Of a stretch of DNA of 42,016 bases, positions 36,689 through 42,016 are shown in pieces (positions within the stretch are counted from its first letter, which is position 1; each line of letters begins with the position of its first letter). The notes under the pieces were generated by a model. It was not told the origin of the DNA. It ran no database searches and saw only the letters and a program-made list of their open reading frames with translations. A program made the position numbers and the translations under genes. The stretch is from Promethearchaeota archaeon (lineage in GTDB: Archaea > Asgardarchaeota > Lokiarchaeia > Sigyniarchaeales > SOKP01), in NCBI GenBank assembly GCA_048941265.1, contig JBHLNT010000020.1, positions 1-42,016 on the forward strand, read 5' to 3'.

Positions 36689-37582
36689 CTAAAACAGGCT
36701 TTCTCGCGAGTCACTTTCATTCTCTTCTTTTATATCCATCTCATATTCATCAGGACAATACCTTATACCAATTGGTTCTAAAATGTGGATAATGGCTTCT
36801 TTAAACTCCTTTTTATTCAACTCTAATTTATTTTTTCCGTTTACTTCACGACTTTTCATATAATATCTTATTATATTAATACCATCTCGTACTGTATATG
36901 GTTCATCATGAATATGAGCATTTTGCAAAAAATCCACGCAATATTCTAATATCTCTTCGGAAGTGAAAGGAATATTATACGATATTATATTAATTTCATC
37001 AACTCTATTGGGAAATTCGACGAAAATTTTAGGTTGCAAGCGTGATGAAATATACTCCGGTATTTCATATGTACTACTATCACTATTCATTGTAACACAT
37101 AAACGAAAATCGGAATGCGCATAGATTCGAATACCCGCAATTATCGAATCAACATATCGCCTTTTATCCATTAGTGGTGCTAAAGAAGCCCAACTCTTTT
37201 CAGACATTCGATTTCCCTCATCTAAAAGACAAACTCCACCTTTAATCATTGCTGATACCAGAGAACTAGCAACATAGGCTATTTTATTATCAGAAGAAAT
37301 AACAGGGCTTATTAATAAATCTTCAGGGCGTGTATCCATAGTACATTGAAATATATATACAGATTTATTTAACCTTTTGCCAGTAGCATATGCCAATGTT
37401 GTCTTTCCAACTCCCGGCTTACCTAAAATTCTAGGATTTAAAGGAAGATCATTTTTATCTACAATCAACCAAGCCGCTTTTAATTCATTAATTATATCTT
37501 CATTACCAACCCATTGCATATCAACATCTGCAGGTTCTGAAAGAATTAATTCAACATCTGAAATTGTAACCTTCTCCGTCAT
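36689..37582 (-). CDS. MoxR-like/AAA_5 ATPase
   Basis: Walker A GKPGVGKT, Walker B LLDEGNR, FRLCVTMN, SRL. The likely start is ATG 37582 (MTEKV). Confidence 0.85.
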   Translation of the reverse strand: MTEKVTISDVELILSEPADVDMQWVGNEDIINELKAAWLIVDKNDLPLNPRILGKPGVGKTTLAYATGKRLNKSVYIFQCTMDTRPEDLLISPVISSDNKIAYVASSLVSAMIKGGVCLLDEGNRMSEKSWASLAPLMDKRRYVDSIIAGIRIYAHSDFRLCVTMNSDSSTYEIPEYISSRLQPKIFVEFPNRVDEINIISYNIPFTSEEILEYCVDFLQNAHIHDEPYTVRDGINIIRYYMKSREVNGKNKLELNKKEFKEAIIHILEPIGIRYCPDEYEMDIKEENESDSRESLF

Positions 37583-37776
37583 AAAAATCATTGGGCATTG
37601 ATTTATAAATAGTATATATTTAAATAATGAAAAATCGTCATAATATAGTTTTCTTTTCATGATAAAAGTCAAAATAATTGTGTGTAATGTTAACATGGAC
37701 ATTCTAGATTTACCTTAAATATAAAAATCTCAGCCACTAAATTAGTATATGAGAATATAAGACACTTTTAAGAAAA

Positions 37777-38316
37777 ATGTCAGAAGAAAAGGTACATGAA
37801 TACATTTTAAAGCTAGTTTTATTAGGTGATCCCGCAGTTGGAAAGACATCGTTAATCAATCAATATGTTGATCATACATTTAAAACAGATTATCAACCAA
37901 CATTAGGTGCTAATATCATAGCTAAAGAAATTAAAATGAATCAAATTAAAACTACCACTAAATTGATTATTTGGGATATTGCTGGTCAAAAAACTTATGA
38001 TTTATCACGTAAATTGTTTTTTCAAGGATGCTCTGGAGCCCTTTTTATATATGATATTACAAGAGCATCAACGTTTGAAAATATAAAAGATAAATGGTTG
38101 CAAGATTTCCAAAAATTCGGAAAAACTAAAGCGGCGTTCATTTTAATTGGAAACAAGACAGATTTAACGGAGATAAGATCCGTTAAAAAAGAAACTGGAG
38201 AAAAACTAGCAGATGATATAAATGCAATTGATTTTATTGAAACGAGTGCTAAATATGGAGAAAATGTTGAATTGGCTTTTAAAAAATTAATTAATCAGGT
38301 TATATCAGATGAATAA
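37777..38316 (+). CDS. Rab-like small GTPase
   Basis: G1 GDPAVGKTS, G2 YQPTLG, G3 WDIAGQ, G4 GNKTD, G5 ETSAK; no C-terminal Cys. Confidence 0.93.
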   Translation: MSEEKVHEYILKLVLLGDPAVGKTSLINQYVDHTFKTDYQPTLGANIIAKEIKMNQIKTTTKLIIWDIAGQKTYDLSRKLFFQGCSGALFIYDITRASTFENIKDKWLQDFQKFGKTKAAFILIGNKTDLTEIRSVKKETGEKLADDINAIDFIETSAKYGENVELAFKKLINQVISDE

Positions 38317-38514
38317 CAATGCTAAATGTGCTATCAACATTAGACAGAAAATATTTCTCTTTTCAGTTATCTTGTTTAATCATCATGCCGAAAAATAAAA
38401 ATAAAAAGGTTTGAAAAATTCTATAATTTTAAAAGCTTAACAACATAAGAAATTAACATATTTTATTATTTTTTCAAGCCATAAGATTGTGTTAAAAACA
38501 AAAAGAGGAAAACA

Positions 38515-38943
38515 TTGAAAAGTAAAGTAACAACAGTTGGGCGAGTAATTGTAGCTAAAATCGAACCAAATGAAGATTTATTTGATGCTATTAAAGAACT
38601 TATTAAAAAACATAACATAAAATCAGGATTACTAAATGTAATTGGTGCGTTAAAACAATTTACCATTGGTTATTTCAATGTTGATAAAAAAGAATATAAT
38701 TTCAATACTTTTGAAGAGGATATTGAATTAATATCATGCATGGGCAATATAGCATTTAAAGATAATGAACCAATTATTCATTTACATGTATCAGTCGGCA
38801 AAGATGACTATAGTATTATTGGAGGACATTTAAACCCACCAAGTATCGTTTCAATCACGGCTGAAGTTTATATCTATGAAATAACCGACACTATTACTCG
38901 AGCTAATGATGCTCGGTTTGATTTATCTTTGTTAGATTTATGA
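38515..38943 (+). CDS. PPC domain (DUF296) protein
   Basis: IGAL, ELISCMGNI, HLHVSVG, IGGHL, TAEV. Confidence 0.9.
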   Translation: MKSKVTTVGRVIVAKIEPNEDLFDAIKELIKKHNIKSGLLNVIGALKQFTIGYFNVDKKEYNFNTFEEDIELISCMGNIAFKDNEPIIHLHVSVGKDDYSIIGGHLNPPSIVSITAEVYIYEITDTITRANDARFDLSLLDL

Positions 38944-38958
38944 AATGGAGTAATTAAA

Positions 38959-39519
38959 ATGGCAGACGTAAAAATGAAGCAATGGACTTTTAAGATATTA
39001 GTATTAGGAGACATGGCAGTGGGAAAAACTTCGTTAATCAATCAATATATAGAGCATTCTTTTCTAGAAGACTATAGACCTACGCTTGGAGTAAATATCA
39101 TCTCGAAAGATATTGAAATTGAGCAGATTGGATCTTTAATTCGTTTAATTTTCTGGGATATCGCAGGTCAAAATAAATATGAAAATTGTAGACAAACATA
39201 CTATGAAGGTTGCTCCGGAGTGCTACTTGTATATGATATTACTCGACATGATACGTTTGTAAATGTTGAATCGAAATGGATGAGAGATCTTTTAAATAAT
39301 ATAAAGAGAAAATGTGATTTCCTCTTACTTGGAAATAAAATTGATCTAAAAAATAATAGAGTAGTGAGTTATGAAGAGGGTAAAAAATTGGCAGATAGAA
39401 TCAATGCAATTGATTTTATAGAGACAAGTGCTTTAAATGGTCAAAATGTGGAAAAAGCATTTTTAAGATTAATCCATCGAATCCTAAAACAATTTGGGCA
39501 GAATTTTGAAATCGATTAA
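38959..39519 (+). CDS. Rab-like small GTPase
   Basis: GDMAVGKTS, YRPTLG, WDIAGQ, GNKID, ETSAL. Confidence 0.93.
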   Translation: MADVKMKQWTFKILVLGDMAVGKTSLINQYIEHSFLEDYRPTLGVNIISKDIEIEQIGSLIRLIFWDIAGQNKYENCRQTYYEGCSGVLLVYDITRHDTFVNVESKWMRDLLNNIKRKCDFLLLGNKIDLKNNRVVSYEEGKKLADRINAIDFIETSALNGQNVEKAFLRLIHRILKQFGQNFEID

Positions 39520-39567
39520 AAAAGAATAATAACTCAAAAATCCAAAACTAAAGAAATAGGAGAAAAT

Positions 39568-40146
39568 ATGATTGGAGATTATAAAGGAGAAGTAAATAAT
39601 AAGGTTCTTACGGCGTTAATGCAAGCTTATCTCGATGTTTTAGATTATGACGGGCTCAAATCCATATTGAGAGAAGCTGAATTGTTAGAGTTGAAAGATG
39701 TAAGAGATATTGATTCAAATAAATTTATAGATTTCTTCTCCTTTAAGAAAATTATTTCTGCGCAAAACTGTTTGCTCTTTGGATGTTATAATTTATTATT
39801 TGAGATTGGAAAAAAGTTTTCATTTTATTTATTTCCCTATGGAAAAAATTTTGAAGAGATTATCATTGAACTTAATGACTTAATAAAGACCAACTGGAGG
39901 ATCGAAATTTTAGACAAGAGTGAAAATTACATGACTAAAGAATTAGAAACCATAACTCTAGAAATACAAAATTGTATATTCTGTTCTGAGGTGGGAGTAC
40001 CCTGTAATTTTATTGTTGGATTTTTAGTTCATAGTTTAGAGAAGTCACTACCCTCAAATAGAGAAATCACATTCTCAGGATTAAAAGATCCGCATAATCC
40101 TTCCCATAGTAATTTCATCTTAAAATTAATATCAAAAAAAAAGTAA
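39568..40146 (+). CDS. V4R-like (H-NOX/Bet3-related fold) protein
   Basis: Helical N-terminus (VL..DGLKSILREAEL), EIGK, then IQNCIFC...PCNFIVGFL, typical of V4R domains; the last canonical Cys is not evident. Confidence 0.6.
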   Translation: MIGDYKGEVNNKVLTALMQAYLDVLDYDGLKSILREAELLELKDVRDIDSNKFIDFFSFKKIISAQNCLLFGCYNLLFEIGKKFSFYLFPYGKNFEEIIIELNDLIKTNWRIEILDKSENYMTKELETITLEIQNCIFCSEVGVPCNFIVGFLVHSLEKSLPSNREITFSGLKDPHNPSHSNFILKLISKKK

Positions 40147-40202
40147 ATAATTAAATATAATATAAAATAATATTATAAATCACAAGCTTAGGAATATTAA
40201 AA

Positions 40203-40751
40203 ATGTCGAAAGATGTAAAAGAGTTTGTCTTTAAAATTGTAGTCCTTGGAGATGCTGCGGTAGGTAAAACCAGCTTAATTAATATGTACATTGAACAAAG
40301 TTTTTCAGAAGATTATAAGCCCACTCTTGGCGCAAACATAATTCGTAAGGATGTGCATGTAGATGAGATCAATGCAAGCGTTCGACTAATAATGTGGGAC
40401 CTAGCTGGTCAAGAAAAGTATAATGTCATAAGATCTATGTACTTTCAAGGATGTGTTGGTGCCCTTTTAGTTTATGATGTTACACGACATAATACTTTTG
40501 AGACTATAGATTCAAAATGGTTAAAGGATTTTAAGAAATATGTTAAAAAAGAGGGTACATATATATTAATTGGTAATAAAATTGATTTAAATGATGAGCG
40601 CGTTGTTTCTACTGAAGATGGTGAGAAATATGCAAAACAGATTGATGCCAGCGATTTTATAGAAACTAGTGCAAAATATGGTGAAAATGTAGAGCAAGCA
40701 TTTAGTAACTTAGTTACTCAAATCTTGAGAAAATTAGGTGAAATTGGGTAA
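40203..40751 (+). CDS. Rab-like small GTPase
   Basis: GDAAVGKTS, YKPTLG, WDLAGQEKY, YFQG, GNKID, ETSAK. Confidence 0.95.
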   Translation: MSKDVKEFVFKIVVLGDAAVGKTSLINMYIEQSFSEDYKPTLGANIIRKDVHVDEINASVRLIMWDLAGQEKYNVIRSMYFQGCVGALLVYDVTRHNTFETIDSKWLKDFKKYVKKEGTYILIGNKIDLNDERVVSTEDGEKYAKQIDASDFIETSAKYGENVEQAFSNLVTQILRKLGEIG

Positions 40752-40840
40752 AAATTCATTATAATATTATAAATATCTCATTTTTTACTACTATAATGAA
40801 AAAGCTTTTTAAATATAGGTAAGTTAATCTTATCTTAATT

Positions 40841-41992
40841 ATGAAAGAATTATCTCAAAAAGTGGCTCAAGCCCCTAAATCAAAAATTCGAGAGTTATTT
40901 GATTTGGCATCAGGTAGATCTGACGTTATTAGCCTTGGTATTGGACAGCCTGATTTTTTAACCCCTAAACCAGCTATACAAGGAAATATTGAGGCTTTAC
41001 ATAAAAATATCACTACATATGCCCCAACGAGAGGTGTTCCTGAATTATTAAAATTGATAGAAAGCAAAGTTGCTAAAGTTAATGACATTCAATCGAACTG
41101 GGAAGAAAATATAATCCTTACAAATGGCGGGTCAGGAGCAATAACTCTTGCATATGCTTCATTATTTAATCCTGGTGATGAATTGATAATTTCTTCCCCT
41201 AATTTTGTATCCTATTATTACTGCGGGATATTCTTTGGAGTGAAAGTAATTGAAGTAGAGAGAAATGCTGATTTTAGTCCTAATATTGAAAAAATAAGAA
41301 AGGCAGTAACCAATAAAACAAAAGCAATCCTCATTAACTCTCCAAATAATCCCACTGGTTATGCTTTAGAAAGGAAAGAATTGGAAGAACTTGTAAACAT
41401 TATTATTGAAAACGATTTATACCTGATAAGCGACGAGGTCTACGAGAATTATATATATGACGGACTGAAACAAGTTAGTCCTGCTTCTTTAAACGGAATG
41501 TTCGAGCGTACACTAACTTTGAATGCCATGTCTAAACTCTTTTCAGCGACTGGTTTTAGATTGGGTTATGTTGTTGCGAATAAGGAAATTATTGATTTGA
41601 TGTCAGTCTATACTACTTATACGGTAGCTGGAACGAACCACGCGGCTCAATACGGATTTATAGAGGCACTTAAAATGGATACCAGCTTTTTTCAAGATAT
41701 TTTAAAGCAATTCGATGAAAGAAGATTGCTTGTATACAACCGGTTAAAGGAGATTGGTTTTGATGTCGTTAAACCAAAAGGGTCTTTCTATATCATGCCT
41801 TCTGCTAAAAGCTTCAATATGACTGGTACAGAATTTTCGAGGGAGATTATAAAAAGTAAGGGAGTTGCTATTGTTCCAGGCGATATTTTCGGTTCTTACT
41901 CGGATGACAAGTTGAGGATCTCTTATGCGACTGAACTTGGAAAGCTTAAGGAAGCTATGGACAGAATTGAAGACTTCACTAAGACTATTTAA
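40841..41992 (+). CDS. PLP-dependent aminotransferase class I/II (aspartate aminotransferase-like)
   Basis: LGIGQPDF, NSPNNPTG, ISDEVY, SKLFSATGFRLGY, PKGSFY, LRISYA. Confidence 0.95.
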   Translation: MKELSQKVAQAPKSKIRELFDLASGRSDVISLGIGQPDFLTPKPAIQGNIEALHKNITTYAPTRGVPELLKLIESKVAKVNDIQSNWEENIILTNGGSGAITLAYASLFNPGDELIISSPNFVSYYYCGIFFGVKVIEVERNADFSPNIEKIRKAVTNKTKAILINSPNNPTGYALERKELEELVNIIIENDLYLISDEVYENYIYDGLKQVSPASLNGMFERTLTLNAMSKLFSATGFRLGYVVANKEIIDLMSVYTTYTVAGTNHAAQYGFIEALKMDTSFFQDILKQFDERRLLVYNRLKEIGFDVVKPKGSFYIMPSAKSFNMTGTEFSREIIKSKGVAIVPGDIFGSYSDDKLRISYATELGKLKEAMDRIEDFTKTI

Positions 41993-42016
41993 TTTACACT
42001 ATACCTTTTACCATGA

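Noticed and set aside
28792-40751. The prenyltransferase prenylating the nearby Rab-like GTPases
   Set aside because: The GTPases lack C-terminal Cys motifs, and ABBA enzymes are unrelated to protein geranylgeranyltransferases.
16-41088. Numerous short antisense or overlapping ORFs in the track (e.g. 16..237, 370..630, 951..1220, 16486..16974, 32931..33359, 34666..34911)
   Set aside because: They overlap well-supported genes on the opposite strand or in another frame and show no motifs, so they are shadow ORFs.
1-42016. tRNA/rRNA genes, CRISPR arrays, transposases, in-frame Sec/Pyl recoding
   Set aside because: I saw no GC-rich structured segments, regular repeats or transposase motifs. The recognised enzymes appear full length with no interrupting stops.

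Overview
AT-rich prokaryotic DNA, very probably from an Asgard archaeon (Lokiarchaeia/Promethearchaeota-like). This assignment is inferred from three unprenylated Rab-like small GTPases, a V4R-like protein, zinc-ribbon membrane proteins and many TTG/GTG starts. The window has about 34 CDS and no recognisable RNA genes, CRISPR array or mobile element. Left part (1-23.4 kb): a lipid/surface-modification neighbourhood with 5 cobalamin-binding radical SAM enzymes, a further radical SAM enzyme, three GT2 glycosyltransferases, a sulfotransferase, a polysaccharide deacetylase, a membrane LbH acyltransferase, two alpha/beta hydrolases, an orphan LuxE-like ligase and a CDP-alcohol phosphatidyltransferase. 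Centre (24.5-34.7 kb) is the main finding: a tight 7-gene + strand operon encoding two paralogous radical SAM/SPASM enzymes, a B12 radical SAM enzyme, an NphB/CloQ-type (ABBA) soluble aromatic prenyltransferase and three U32-family Fe-S proteins, one fused to an SCP2 lipid-binding domain. Five of the seven proteins, from three unrelated enzyme families, carry the same ~80-aa helical module (PCP_red/DUF2621-like) at the N-terminus, internally or at the C-terminus. This suggests a docking-domain-assembled anaerobic metabolon making a prenylated aromatic (quinone/phenazine-like) lipid, analogous to UbiT/U/V. Right part: a PHP-glycoside hydrolase fusion, a MoxR-like AAA ATPase, a Rab-like GTPase/PPC/V4R cluster and a class I/II aminotransferase. 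All family calls come from motif recognition by eye, not from database searches.
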